From NCBI GenBank assembly GCA_045531795.1, contig JAZSET010000028.1:33-64032 (forward strand): a stretch of DNA of 64,000 bases, given 5' to 3'. This document shows, in pieces, positions 37,713 through 47,742 of this stretch (positions are counted from its first letter, which is position 1; every line of letters begins with the position of its first letter). Source of the DNA: Eubacteriales bacterium. GTDB taxonomy: Bacteria; Bacillota; Clostridia; Oscillospirales; CAG-272. The notes beneath the pieces are model-generated. The model was not told the origin of the DNA, did not search any database, and saw only the letters and a program-made list of their open reading frames with translations. The position numbers and the translations under genes were made by a program.

Positions 37713-38790
37713 CTCCCTTTACCTTTGTGAGGGCATAAAGGATAACGCCGTTCTGAATTATCTGACGCATTGTGTCCGAAATGTCTGTGCCCTGAAGCAT
37801 AACATTGGAAAGAGGCGGCGTCAGAATTATAAGTCCTTGGAACAGGAAAGTACCTATAATTACGTGGCTGATTTTTGCTTTTCTTGTAGTTGCACCGCCG
37901 ATAAGTACTGCGGCAACACACTGGAATCCCATTGCAAGAGGTGCGGAATATGCCTGAATAAATCCATATCCCTGAGCATAAATGATAATGCCGATAGCAC
38001 CGAGTGCTGTTGAAATGGCAATACCGCGTATTCTCATTTTATCAACATTTATACCGCTTGCACGGGCAAACTGAGGATTGCTTCCTGCGGCTGTGATAGC
38101 CTTACCTGTTTTTGTTTTCATAAACATAAATACTAAGAAGCACATCAGAAGAACAACTATAATGAGTCCTGTGGGTATGTAAATACCTGCGGAAACACCC
38201 TCTTTTTCAAAAAGCGTAAAGCCGCCGGCTTTATAAAGAACTCCGCCAAAGGATGTATTAAGGTTGATCTGGTTACGAACGCCCTTACCGCCGATAGCCC
38301 AGGTGATGATACCGCTTGTAAAGGGAGCTGTAAACCATACTATACTCATAAGGTAGATTGCCGAATAACCGACATATGTTGTAACGGTCATTTCATCGCC
38401 CTTAACTCTGTTGAGGAGCATACCATAAGCAACACCTACAAACCAGGCAATTACAGCACCTACAACTATTGCGAAAAGGATCGCTGCCCAGGGGCCAAAG
38501 CCCGGGAGAACTGCGTCAACTTTTACTGCAATATCAAATTCAATTGAGAGAAGTCCGCTTAAGATACCGCAGACAATACCAAGGCTTACACCGAAGTTAG
38601 GACCGACACCGCACTGAATGGAGGGAACCATAGCAAGAGCGAGGATGCCCCACATTCCCCAATATTTGATAACACTTCCGAGGTATGAGAGTACATCAAG
38701 CTTGTACACTCCCATAAGCACAACAATCAGGAGGAAGAAAGCGAAGATTATAAGACGGGGGATGTTCATATTCTTAAGTTTTTTAAGCAT
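37693..38790 (-). CDS. ABC transporter permease (CUT2/BPD_transp_2-type)
   Basis: 365-aa polytopic protein with a TGATG stop/start overlap with the ATPase gene. Confidence 0.85.
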   Translation of the reverse strand: MLKKLKNMNIPRLIIFAFFLLIVVLMGVYKLDVLSYLGSVIKYWGMWGILALAMVPSIQCGVGPNFGVSLGIVCGILSGLLSIEFDIAVKVDAVLPGFGPWAAILFAIVVGAVIAWFVGVAYGMLLNRVKGDEMTVTTYVGYSAIYLMSIVWFTAPFTSGIITWAIGGKGVRNQINLNTSFGGVLYKAGGFTLFEKEGVSAGIYIPTGLIIVVLLMCFLVFMFMKTKTGKAITAAGSNPQFARASGINVDKMRIRGIAISTALGAIGIIIYAQGYGFIQAYSAPLAMGFQCVAAVLIGGATTRKAKISHVIIGTFLFQGLIILTPPLSNVMLQGTDISDTMRQIIQNGVILYALTKVKGGVSSEE

Positions 38791-40385
38791 CAGTCTTCAC
38801 TCCTTTCCTTACTTCCCGACATAGCAAGACCGTATTTTGCATCAGAGTCGTTTGGCGCAAGCATAGCGGTCAGTTTTCCGTCGGCAACAATGGCTATTCT
38901 GTCGCTTAAGCTGCGAAGCTCGTTAAGCTCTGAGCTTACAACAATGATTGTAAGTCCTGCTTCGCGGTTAAGTTTCACAAGTAATTCAAGCACAAGCTTC
39001 TTTGCACCGATATCTATTCCTCGTGTAGGCTCAGATACGATAAGAAGCTTGGGATTGAGCGCAAGAGCGCGGGCAAGACAAACTTTCTGCTGATTACCGC
39101 CCGAAAGACGGCCTACATACTGAGACGGACCTGTGCAACGGATATCAAGCTTCTGTATCATTTCATTTGCAAATGCTTCTGCTGCTTTTGCATCATAAAG
39201 CTTAACGGGACCAATTTTATTTAAGAAGTTTTCTTTAATCTGCATTGCAGTAAAGACAATATTCTGCTCAATGGTTTCTTCAAGCAGAAGACCAACTCCG
39301 CGTCTGTCTTCGGAAACAAATGCAATACCCTTGTTAAGCGCATCACCAAGAACGGTGGGATTTATCTTCTGACCGTCAAAGGTGATATCGCCGATAGATT
39401 CATAAAGGCCAAGGATACCGTTGGGAATACCGACCTTGCCCTGTCCGGCAAGACCGCCAATACCGAGGATTTCACCGCGTCTGACATCAAGGTCAATGCC
39501 GTTGACCTTTTCACCCGGCATTGCGACGTGATAGTTTTTAAGAGAGAGAATAATATCGTCATCGTTAAGTGTGCGGTTGTCAACACTGTCTTCAACAAGC
39601 TTTTCAACTGCACGGCCAATCATAAGCTCAGCCACACGCGTAGCTGTAGTTTCTTTTGTGATGAGTCTGTCAACGAGTGTACCGTCTCTTAAAATGGTCA
39701 TACTGTCTGTTACATTCATAACCTCGTCTATTCTGTGGGTGATGAATATAATGGCGATGCCCTTTTCTGCAATTGTGCGCATTGCTTCAAGGAGTCTTTC
39801 AGCTTCGCTTTCGGTAAGCACCGCTGTAGGCTCGTCAAATATAAGAATCTGCATACCCTCCTTGTCGATTTCTCGTGCAATTTCAATAAACTGCATATAA
39901 CCGACAGGCATACCTTTTACAATGGTATCTTCGGGAATATTAAGTCCGATTGTATCAAGCGCATTACGGGCATCTTTTGCCATAGCAACATTGTCAAGAG
40001 ATTCAAGCTTTTTGCCAAAAATGGCACTTGCTATGGTAGGTGTTGTAATTTCTCTTCCTACTTTGATATTTTCTGTTATGTTGAAGCCCGGAATCAGCAT
40101 AAATTCCTGATGAACCATACCAATACCGAGTTCCATTGCTTTTTGCGGAGAGTCTATGTTTACGGCCTGACCGTTTACTTCAATGACTCCCTTGAAGCCG
40201 CCGGTATTGTGTATAACCGGCATACCGAAAAGAATATTCATAAGAGTAGACTTTCCCGCACCGTTTTCGCCCATAAGAGCGTGAATTTCACCGGGAGCTA
40301 TGTGCAAATCAACGCCCTTTAGAACCTTGTTGCCATAGTACTCTTTTTCAATTCCCTTCATGCTTAACACATAAGGTGTACTCAT
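38790..40385 (-). CDS. ABC transporter ATP-binding protein (tandem ATPase domains)
   Basis: GENGAGKST, LSGGNQQK and two NBDs. The start was trimmed to MSTPYVLSMKGIEKEY, after AAAGGACAG. Confidence 0.9.
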   Translation of the reverse strand: MSTPYVLSMKGIEKEYYGNKVLKGVDLHIAPGEIHALMGENGAGKSTLMNILFGMPVIHNTGGFKGVIEVNGQAVNIDSPQKAMELGIGMVHQEFMLIPGFNITENIKVGREITTPTIASAIFGKKLESLDNVAMAKDARNALDTIGLNIPEDTIVKGMPVGYMQFIEIAREIDKEGMQILIFDEPTAVLTESEAERLLEAMRTIAEKGIAIIFITHRIDEVMNVTDSMTILRDGTLVDRLITKETTATRVAELMIGRAVEKLVEDSVDNRTLNDDDIILSLKNYHVAMPGEKVNGIDLDVRRGEILGIGGLAGQGKVGIPNGILGLYESIGDITFDGQKINPTVLGDALNKGIAFVSEDRRGVGLLLEETIEQNIVFTAMQIKENFLNKIGPVKLYDAKAAEAFANEMIQKLDIRCTGPSQYVGRLSGGNQQKVCLARALALNPKLLIVSEPTRGIDIGAKKLVLELLVKLNREAGLTIIVVSSELNELRSLSDRIAIVADGKLTAMLAPNDSDAKYGLAMSGSKERSED

Positions 40386-40584
40386 TTTGTTCTGTCCTTT
40401 CATTTTTGTTGAGGCTTTATTATTGCAGTTGTTTATTTGTTTTGCTACAATAATCTGTGCACATAAAGAATGTGCACACATTGACATAGCGAAACACTAT
40501 GCATTGGAAACGCCCACCGAGTGCACTGCAATCAGCGGGCATTTTCGACCTAACCGATATTTACCTAAATGTTATAGGGTTATA

Positions 40585-41748
40585 TTAGAAATCGTAGAAG
40601 GGGCAGAGAAGCATGTAGAAGTTTTCAATCGGCTTGTCGCCTTCAATGTAATTGGAAATTGCAACTTCTTCGCCGCCGAGCTTTCTGAGAGAAGCAAAGA
40701 ATTCTTCTTCGTCAAGTTTGCCGTCTGTCTTGCCTTCGCAGTACTTAACAGCATAATCATAGCCTGCTTCAATCATAAGCATATTAACAGGTGTGCCCCA
40801 TGTGGACATTCTGCCTTCGTTGCCGTATTCAGCAACCTTATCCTTGATAGCACCGAGGATGTATTCTACATCACCTTCGTGACCAGCTGTGGAAATTGCG
40901 AATGCAGAGGGATAGCCGTGGTAAGGGCTGGGGCAGCACTGCTGCGGGAATATAGCACCGAGTTCAGCACACTGAAGAATGAGGGGTTCCTGCATTGAGC
41001 AGTTTGTTGAGAAGAATGCTGTATCCTTGCCGTACTGGTCAACATAAACTTTGATGTTTTCTGTGATCCAAGCCTGTGCACCTGTTACACCAGCGTCGCC
41101 TGTCGGGTCGGGAGCAGTTGCTTCAACATACTGGATGCCGAGTTCTTCACATCTCTTTTCGAAGAGTTCCTTACGTGCGCTGATTGTAGCGTAGCCAAGG
41201 TGACGCTCGAATGATACGTGAACGAATGTCTTAGCGCCCATCTTGTGAGCCTGGTCGATAATTGTTGTACCCATAGCGATTTCGTCAACGAGCATACAGA
41301 TATCTGCTGCTGCTGCGATAACTGCAGGGTCTTCTGCACAAACACCTGTTACGAACAGGATGTCGTCACGGGTTTCCTTAACCTTGTTGATAGCTGCTGT
41401 TGCGCCGGGAACTGCCTGAACAAAGATAATAGCCTTTACTGCAGGGTCAGATGCCATATTTGTAACAGTAGCGATTGTCTGCTCTGTTTCAGAGGAGAAG
41501 TTATCGGGATATGTAGCTGTAACTACGATGTCGGGATAAGCTTCCTTGAGCTTCTGAGCAGCCTGATACTCTTCCTCGCCCTGAGAAACAGTACCTGTGA
41601 TGATACCGATCTTATATGCAGCGGTATCTTCATTTTCTACGGAGTCAGCAACTGAATCTTCATTGCTGACTACGGGTTCTACATTGCCGCAAGCTACTAC
41701 TGAGAGAAGCATAACGAGCGCAAGAAGAATCGCAAGAATCTTTTTCAT
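40585..41748 (-). CDS. ABC transporter substrate-binding lipoprotein (type I PBP fold, DUF3798-like)
   Basis: Lipobox LLSVVAC-G after MKKILAILLALVM. The motif KIGIITGTVSQGEEEY resembles DUF3798-family binding proteins from memory. The substrate is unknown. Confidence 0.7.
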   Translation of the reverse strand: MKKILAILLALVMLLSVVACGNVEPVVSNEDSVADSVENEDTAAYKIGIITGTVSQGEEEYQAAQKLKEAYPDIVVTATYPDNFSSETEQTIATVTNMASDPAVKAIIFVQAVPGATAAINKVKETRDDILFVTGVCAEDPAVIAAAADICMLVDEIAMGTTIIDQAHKMGAKTFVHVSFERHLGYATISARKELFEKRCEELGIQYVEATAPDPTGDAGVTGAQAWITENIKVYVDQYGKDTAFFSTNCSMQEPLILQCAELGAIFPQQCCPSPYHGYPSAFAISTAGHEGDVEYILGAIKDKVAEYGNEGRMSTWGTPVNMLMIEAGYDYAVKYCEGKTDGKLDEEEFFASLRKLGGEEVAISNYIEGDKPIENFYMLLCPFYDF

Positions 41749-42014
41749 GATTAAAATCTCCTTAAAATGTTTATTTGCCTGCAAAAAGCAGGCATATATC
41801 GGTTACTTGGTATAACTAATTTTATCAAAAATCCGTATGAAATGCAATAGTATTTAAAACTTTTTGACTATTTGCACAAATTGGCGGTGCTGTTTTGAAG
41901 CATTATTGCCAAAAAAATAACAATGTTTAAAAGTCGTTTTTACATAAATTTACTAAATTCCACAAATTGATTCGAATAATGAGAAAGAAAGGAGTCTGAA
42001 AAGACTCCCTTAAA

Positions 42015-43199
42015 TCAATATTTTCGCCATACCATTTTGTTTACGACGCCGGTGTAGCTCTGGATTATCTTTACCACCTTTGTTGATACATTTTCCTCAA
42101 CATATGTGGGAACGGGAATGCCGTAATCGCTGTTTTCATTCATCTGTACAGCCGTGTCAACTGCCTGAAGCAGACCGCTTTCATCAATTCCGGCAAGAAT
42201 GAAGCAAGCCTTATCAAGCGCCTCGGGGCGCTCGGTCGATGTGCGTATGCATACTGCGGGGAAAGGATGTCCGACAGAGGTGAAGAAGCTTGATTCTTCG
42301 GGGAGAGTTCCCGAATCGGATACAACCGCAAAGGCATTCATCTGAAGCTTGTTATAGTCGTGGAAGCCCAAAGGCTCGTGACGAATCACCCTGCTGTCAA
42401 GCTTAAAGCCTGATTCTTCAAGCCTTTTTTTACTTCTTGGGTGGCAGGAATACAGTATCGGCATATCGTATTTTTCAGCCATTTTGTTTATTGCATTAAA
42501 CAGTGAAGTAAAGTTCTTTTCCGTGTCGATATTTTCCTCTCTGTGTGCAGAAAGAAGAATGTATTTTTTTGCTTCGAGGCCAAGCTTTGTAAGAATATCG
42601 CTTTTTTCAATATCCGCCAGGTTTTCGTGAAGCACTTCTGCCATTGGCGAGCCTGTAACATATGTGCGTTCCTTGGGTAGTCCGCATTCGTGGAGATAAC
42701 GGCGGGCGTGCTCTGAGTACGCAAGGTTTACATCCGAAATAATGTCAACTATTCTGCGGTTTGTTTCCTCGGGCAAGCACTCATCCTTGCATCTGTTGCC
42801 TGCTTCCATATGGAAAATCGGAATATGGAGTCTCTTTGCGGCAATCGCAGATAAGCAGGAGTTTGTGTCTCCAAGTATAAGCAGGGCGTCTGGCTTTATC
42901 TGGCTCATAAGCTTATATGAACAGTTGATAATATTACCTACAGTTGCACCGAGGTCATCGCCTACGGCATCCATATATACTTCAGGATTTTCAAGCTTCA
43001 GGTCGTGGAAAAACACACCGTTTAAATTATAGTCATAGTTTTGCCCGGTATGAGCAAGCACACAGTCAAAGTATTTACGGCATTTGTTGATAACCGCCGC
43101 AAGCCGGATTATTTCGGGGCGGGTACCGACAATAATGAGAAGCTTTAATTTGCCGTTGTCCTTAAATTTTACATCGCTGTAATCAAGTTTGATTTCCAT
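42015..43199 (-). CDS. fnlC: UDP-N-acetyl-L-fucosamine-pathway 2-epimerase (CapG/FnlC-like)
   Basis: Epimerase_2 family (LLIIVGTRPEIIRL...) in the position after the capF-like gene. The start is at MEIKLDY, after GAGGTA. Confidence 0.85.
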   Translation of the reverse strand: MEIKLDYSDVKFKDNGKLKLLIIVGTRPEIIRLAAVINKCRKYFDCVLAHTGQNYDYNLNGVFFHDLKLENPEVYMDAVGDDLGATVGNIINCSYKLMSQIKPDALLILGDTNSCLSAIAAKRLHIPIFHMEAGNRCKDECLPEETNRRIVDIISDVNLAYSEHARRYLHECGLPKERTYVTGSPMAEVLHENLADIEKSDILTKLGLEAKKYILLSAHREENIDTEKNFTSLFNAINKMAEKYDMPILYSCHPRSKKRLEESGFKLDSRVIRHEPLGFHDYNKLQMNAFAVVSDSGTLPEESSFFTSVGHPFPAVCIRTSTERPEALDKACFILAGIDESGLLQAVDTAVQMNENSDYGIPVPTYVEENVSTKVVKIIQSYTGVVNKMVWRKY

Positions 43200-43218
43200 A
43201 GTTATATACCTCGTATAA

Positions 43219-44418
43219 TCAGTTGACCTTTTCGCCAAAGGTGTCGGGGTGATTTGGATCAAAGCATTCGTTAGCCCACATAAAGGTTATTAAATCTTCC
43301 GTTTCTGACAGGTTAATAATGTTGTGAGTATATCCGGGAAGCATATGTACAGCGGTGATGTTATCGCCGCTTACCTCAAAACGAAGCACTTCATCTGAGC
43401 CGATTTTCCGCTGCTCTATCAGGCCGTGACCGGAGACAACAACAAAAAATTCCCACTTGGTGTTATGCCAGTGTTCGCCCTTGGTTATCCCGGGCTTTGA
43501 AATGTTAACACTGAACTGACCGCATTTTTCGCTGCGTAAAATTTCTGTAAAACTGCCTCTCTGATCCACATTCATTTTTAAGGGGAACGCTATTTTTTCC
43601 TTTGGCAGATAGGACAGGTATGTAGAATATAACTTTTTTGCAAAAGAATTATTCGGAATTTCAGGGATAGTTAATGTTTCGGGCTGCTTTTTAAAGGTTT
43701 CAAGCAGGGAAACAATTTCCCCTAAGGTAATGTGGTGGGTTGTCGGGCAGGCACAAAATCTGCCGTTTTCACAAAGAACGGTTTCTATGCCGTCAAACTC
43801 GCATCTGTGTTCCTTTGAGTCCATTGCGTTAAGCATTTCATCAACTAAATCGTCAATGTACAAAAGTTCAAGCATTACACCCGGGTCGTTAACTGTGATC
43901 GGCAAATCATTTGCCATGTTGTTGCAAAAAGTTGCGACAGCCGAGTTGTAGTTGGGACGGCACCATTTGCCGAAAAGGTTCGGAAATCTGTAAACAAGCA
44001 CCTTTACATTGTTTTTTTCACCGTAATCGAAAAACAAATCTTCTCCGGCCTTCTTCGATTTCCCATATTCGCCGCCTGCATATCTGCCGACAAGAGTTGC
44101 CTGTATTGATGAAGCAAGCATAACGGGACATTTGTTATTGTGCTTTTTCAGAGTGTCTAAAAGAGTGGATGCAAAACCGAAATTGCCCCGCATAAAATCC
44201 TCGGGATTTTCAGGTCTGTTGACACCTGCAAGGTTAAAAACAAAATCTGCCTGTTTGCAGAAAGAGTCAAGATATTCAGCCGGGGTGTCTATGTCATATT
44301 CGAATATTTCCAGATCAAAAAGGGGCGTTGTTCTGTCCTTACCGTCTCTTATGCATTTAAGTCTTTCACATAAATTTTTGCCCACAAAGCCATGAGCTCC
44401 TGTAACGAGTATTTTCAT
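43219..44418 (-). CDS. fnlB: CapF/FnlB-like bifunctional reductase/epimerase (SDR + cupin)
   Basis: MKILVTGAHGFVGKNL, NLFGKWCRPNYNSAVATFC and a C-terminal cupin (QFSVNISKPGITKGEHWHNTK), closely matching S. aureus CapF as I recall it. Confidence 0.88.
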   Translation of the reverse strand: MKILVTGAHGFVGKNLCERLKCIRDGKDRTTPLFDLEIFEYDIDTPAEYLDSFCKQADFVFNLAGVNRPENPEDFMRGNFGFASTLLDTLKKHNNKCPVMLASSIQATLVGRYAGGEYGKSKKAGEDLFFDYGEKNNVKVLVYRFPNLFGKWCRPNYNSAVATFCNNMANDLPITVNDPGVMLELLYIDDLVDEMLNAMDSKEHRCEFDGIETVLCENGRFCACPTTHHITLGEIVSLLETFKKQPETLTIPEIPNNSFAKKLYSTYLSYLPKEKIAFPLKMNVDQRGSFTEILRSEKCGQFSVNISKPGITKGEHWHNTKWEFFVVVSGHGLIEQRKIGSDEVLRFEVSGDNITAVHMLPGYTHNIINLSETEDLITFMWANECFDPNHPDTFGEKVN

Positions 44419-44442
44419 AAAACCACCATTAAGCCTTTATAA

Positions 44443-45582
44443 TTACTTAATACCAACAAGCCTTAATTCTTCATTGTATTTGTTTATTCCTTGAGCACTT
44501 ACCATTTTCATTCTTCTTTTATACCATTTTACTTTACTTCGTTGCCATAACAGGATGTTTATAATGCGAATAATCCAGAATATTGGAAGAAGAAAAGGAT
44601 GTTTGTTTAAAAGAGGATATTTTTTTGCCATTTCTTTATAGGGCAAAAAAACATTTGACCAGAAAATAGCGTTTCTTGATTTTTTTGCGGTAGTTGCAAT
44701 AAAACGGCTGTCGCTGTTTCCAAAGGTCCCGCTGGTAATGATTTTTTTCGTCATCAGAATACTTATTTCATCATACTCTGCATTTTCAAACCAACAAGTC
44801 AGCATACGCTTGATGCTCCTGTAAAATTCATCAAGACCAAGTTTTGAAAGCTCTTCTGTAATAAGACTTTCTTTTTCATTCAGATTCAGAATGTCAAGTA
44901 CATACAGGTCTATAAAGTGGCGCAATCCGATTCCGCCGTTAATATAATGCTTGGCAATGTGTACTGTGAGAAAAACCATAAGGTCACAGAAACTCATTTC
45001 AAGTTTATGTGAGTCATCTCTTTTTGAAAGGAAAGTATCGACATTTTCATAATGCTGATAGAATTTTGGTATGCCGTTTCCGATAAACTTTTTATGAAGC
45101 TCAAGAATCAAAGTCTGACCTTTGCGCCATTTAAGCTCGTGAGAAGACTCCATATCGAATATAAAACCAAGTCCGGTTAAGATATCCGAGGCTTTTTCTA
45201 TATCGGATTCTCTTATTAAAATGTCCACATCTCCCAGTGTGCGCATTTCGGTAGACGGATAAAAATCGCGGACAACAAGCCCTTTCAGGGGAGCATAGTC
45301 GATTTCTGCTTCCTCAAAGGCTTTTAAAATCTGCTTGATTTCGTACTCTCTTTCGGTATCTAAGAGAGCATATTTGAAAATCGCTTCCTTGAACTTCTGA
45401 TTTACATCAGCTTCAAGCAAAATGCCAAGATTTTTAATTCCGTAATAAACAAGGGGAGTAACTTTGTGTGTTTGAGCAATGCGGTACAGGCCGAGCCAGT
45501 CAATGTCTGACGGCAGCGGTGTTTTGTCATTTGTCAGTGCACATTTGATGAGATGAAAAAGTGCGTTTATTGTCGGATTCAT
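44443..45582 (-). CDS. Uncharacterised Pol-beta-superfamily nucleotidyltransferase (NTP_transf_5-like)
   Basis: A GDVDILI motif in a 379-aa protein. It has an ATGA start/stop overlap with fnlA and looks strongly AT-rich relative to its neighbours. Confidence 0.65.
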   Translation of the reverse strand: MNPTINALFHLIKCALTNDKTPLPSDIDWLGLYRIAQTHKVTPLVYYGIKNLGILLEADVNQKFKEAIFKYALLDTEREYEIKQILKAFEEAEIDYAPLKGLVVRDFYPSTEMRTLGDVDILIRESDIEKASDILTGLGFIFDMESSHELKWRKGQTLILELHKKFIGNGIPKFYQHYENVDTFLSKRDDSHKLEMSFCDLMVFLTVHIAKHYINGGIGLRHFIDLYVLDILNLNEKESLITEELSKLGLDEFYRSIKRMLTCWFENAEYDEISILMTKKIITSGTFGNSDSRFIATTAKKSRNAIFWSNVFLPYKEMAKKYPLLNKHPFLLPIFWIIRIINILLWQRSKVKWYKRRMKMVSAQGINKYNEELRLVGIK

Positions 45583-46628
45583 GCTTTATTCCCAGTTTTA
45601 AGCTCGTTTTTAATGTAATCGAGTGCTAAAATCTTTTCTTTAACCTGTTCTACCGACAGAAGCTCGGTATTATGAGAGTTGAATTCTGTAAGGGTGTTGC
45701 GCTCAGTGTCGCCGTCTTTGAAATATTTATCGTAGTTAAGTCCGCGCTTGTCGGAGGGAACTCTGTAAAAATGTCCCAGATCAATGGCTGACGCACACTC
45801 TTCGTTGGTAAGGAGAGTTTCATACATCTTTTCGCCGTGGCGGATACCGATAACCTTTATTTTAGATTTATCGCCGTCGAAAATTTCGCAAACAGCTTCA
45901 GCCTGTGTTTTTATTGTACAAGCAGGAGCCTTCTGTACAAGAATATCTCCGCTTTCTCCATGCTCAAAAGCAAAGAGAACAAGGTCGACTGCTTCATCAA
46001 GAGACATGATAAAACGAGTCATTGTTGGATCTGTTACTGTAATTGGCTGACCATTTCTTATCTGGTCAATCCAAAGCGGAATAACAGATCCGCGTGAGCA
46101 CATAACATTACCGTATCTTGTACAGCAAATCTTTGTCTTTTCGGGGGAAACTGTACGGGATTTTGCTACAATTACTTTTTCCATCATAGCCTTTGATGTA
46201 CCCATTGCGTTTACAGGATAAGCCGCCTTGTCTGTGGACAGGCATATTACGGCTTTAACGCCTTCATCGATCGCTGCGGTAAGCAGATTTTCAGTACCGA
46301 TAACATTCGTTTTTACTGCTTCTATAGGGAAAAACTCGCAAGAGGGAACCTGCTTGAGTGCTGCTGCGTGGAAAATATAGTCAACGCCGTGAATAGCATT
46401 TTTTATCGACTGAATATCACGGACATCTCCAATGTAAAATTTGATTTTTTCAGCATGCTCGGGCATTTTTGACTGAAATTCGTGACGCATATCGTCCTGC
46501 TTCTTTTCATCTCTTGAAAAAATACGGATTTCCCCAATATCTGTTTTAAGAAAGCGGTTCAGAACTGCATTTCCAAAACTTCCCGTACCGCCGGTTATCA
46601 TGAGGGTTTTGTCTTTAAAAAGTGACAT
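45579..46628 (-). CDS. fnlA: UDP-N-acetylglucosamine 4,6-dehydratase/5-epimerase (CapE/FnlA)
   Basis: LMITGGTGSFGNAVLNRFL...IRIFSRDEKKQDDMR...HAAALKQVPSCEFFPIEAVKTNVIGTEN, near-colinear with S. aureus CapE as I recall it. Confidence 0.9.
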   Translation of the reverse strand: MSLFKDKTLMITGGTGSFGNAVLNRFLKTDIGEIRIFSRDEKKQDDMRHEFQSKMPEHAEKIKFYIGDVRDIQSIKNAIHGVDYIFHAAALKQVPSCEFFPIEAVKTNVIGTENLLTAAIDEGVKAVICLSTDKAAYPVNAMGTSKAMMEKVIVAKSRTVSPEKTKICCTRYGNVMCSRGSVIPLWIDQIRNGQPITVTDPTMTRFIMSLDEAVDLVLFAFEHGESGDILVQKAPACTIKTQAEAVCEIFDGDKSKIKVIGIRHGEKMYETLLTNEECASAIDLGHFYRVPSDKRGLNYDKYFKDGDTERNTLTEFNSHNTELLSVEQVKEKILALDYIKNELKTGNKA

Positions 46629-47721
46629 GTCCTACCTCCAAAATATCGGCAATTCTCTTGCAAGCAAAACCGTCACCGTAAGGATTACTTGCGTGAGCCA
46701 TTGCGTTATATGCATTTTCATCTTCAAGTAAAAGCTTGAAGTTTTCATAAATTACATTTTCGTCTGTTCCGACAAGTTTGAGAGTGCCGGCTTTTATTCC
46801 CTCAGGGCGTTCAGTTGTATCACGCATAACAAGAACAGGTTTTCCGAGAGAGGGAGCTTCTTCCTGAATTCCGCCGCTGTCTGTGAGTATCATATGGCTT
46901 CTTGCAAGGAAATTGTGGAAATCAAGCACTTCAAGAGGCTCTATTATACGAATGCGGTCGCAGCCGCCGAGTTCTTCTTCGGCAGCTTTTCTTACAACGG
47001 GATTCATATGTATAGGGTAGAGAGCCTTGATATCGGGATGTTCATCCATTACTCTGCGGATAGCCCTGAACATATTGTGCATAGGCTCTCCTAAATTTTC
47101 GCGTCTGTGAGCGGTAATCAGAATAAGACGGCTGTCCTTTGCCCATTCGATTTCAGGATGAGTATAATCGTTCCGAACTGTTGTTTTGAGAGCATCTATT
47201 GCGGTATTGCCTGTGATAAAAATTGACTTTTCATCTTTGCCTTCCTTTAAAAGGTTGTCCCTTGAAAGCTCGGTAGGTGCAAAATTATATGTAGAAATAA
47301 TAGACACAGCCTGGCGGTTGAATTCCTCGGGGTAAGGGCTATATATGTTGTATGTACGAAGTCCTGCCTCAACATGGCCGATAGGTATCTGGAGATAGAA
47401 GCAGGCAAGAGCTGTTACAAATGTTGTTGAGGTGTCTCCGTGTACAAGTACAACGTCGGGCTTTACTTTTTCAAGTACACCCTTGATATTTGTAAGAATA
47501 TTTGTTGTAATATCAAACAAGGTCTGACCCGATTTCATTATGGAAAGGTCATAGTCGGGCGTTACATTGAAAGCTTCAAGAACCTGATCAAGCATTTGTC
47601 GGTGCTGACCGGTAACGCAAACTACTGTTTTCAGCCCTGCCCTTGCTTTTAGCTCGTTTACAAGAGGGCACATCTTTATCGCTTCTGGGCGTGTTCCGAA
47701 GACAAGCATTACTGTTTTCAT
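46615..47721 (-). CDS. wecB: UDP-N-acetylglucosamine 2-epimerase (non-hydrolysing)
   Basis: MLVFGTRPEAIKMCPLV...VHGDTSTT...HVEAGLRT. Confidence 0.9.
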   Translation of the reverse strand: MKTVMLVFGTRPEAIKMCPLVNELKARAGLKTVVCVTGQHRQMLDQVLEAFNVTPDYDLSIMKSGQTLFDITTNILTNIKGVLEKVKPDVVLVHGDTSTTFVTALACFYLQIPIGHVEAGLRTYNIYSPYPEEFNRQAVSIISTYNFAPTELSRDNLLKEGKDEKSIFITGNTAIDALKTTVRNDYTHPEIEWAKDSRLILITAHRRENLGEPMHNMFRAIRRVMDEHPDIKALYPIHMNPVVRKAAEEELGGCDRIRIIEPLEVLDFHNFLARSHMILTDSGGIQEEAPSLGKPVLVMRDTTERPEGIKAGTLKLVGTDENVIYENFKLLLEDENAYNAMAHASNPYGDGFACKRIADILEVGHVTF

Positions 47722-47742
47722 AGTTTTGCTCCTGTTTTTATA

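Noticed and set aside
36063-40998. Numerous 60-200-aa antisense ORFs within the ABC transporter genes, and similar ones opposite most long genes
   Set aside because: They lie entirely within, and antisense to, well-supported long ORFs. They have no RBS and low-complexity or Cys-rich translations, so they are treated as frame shadows.
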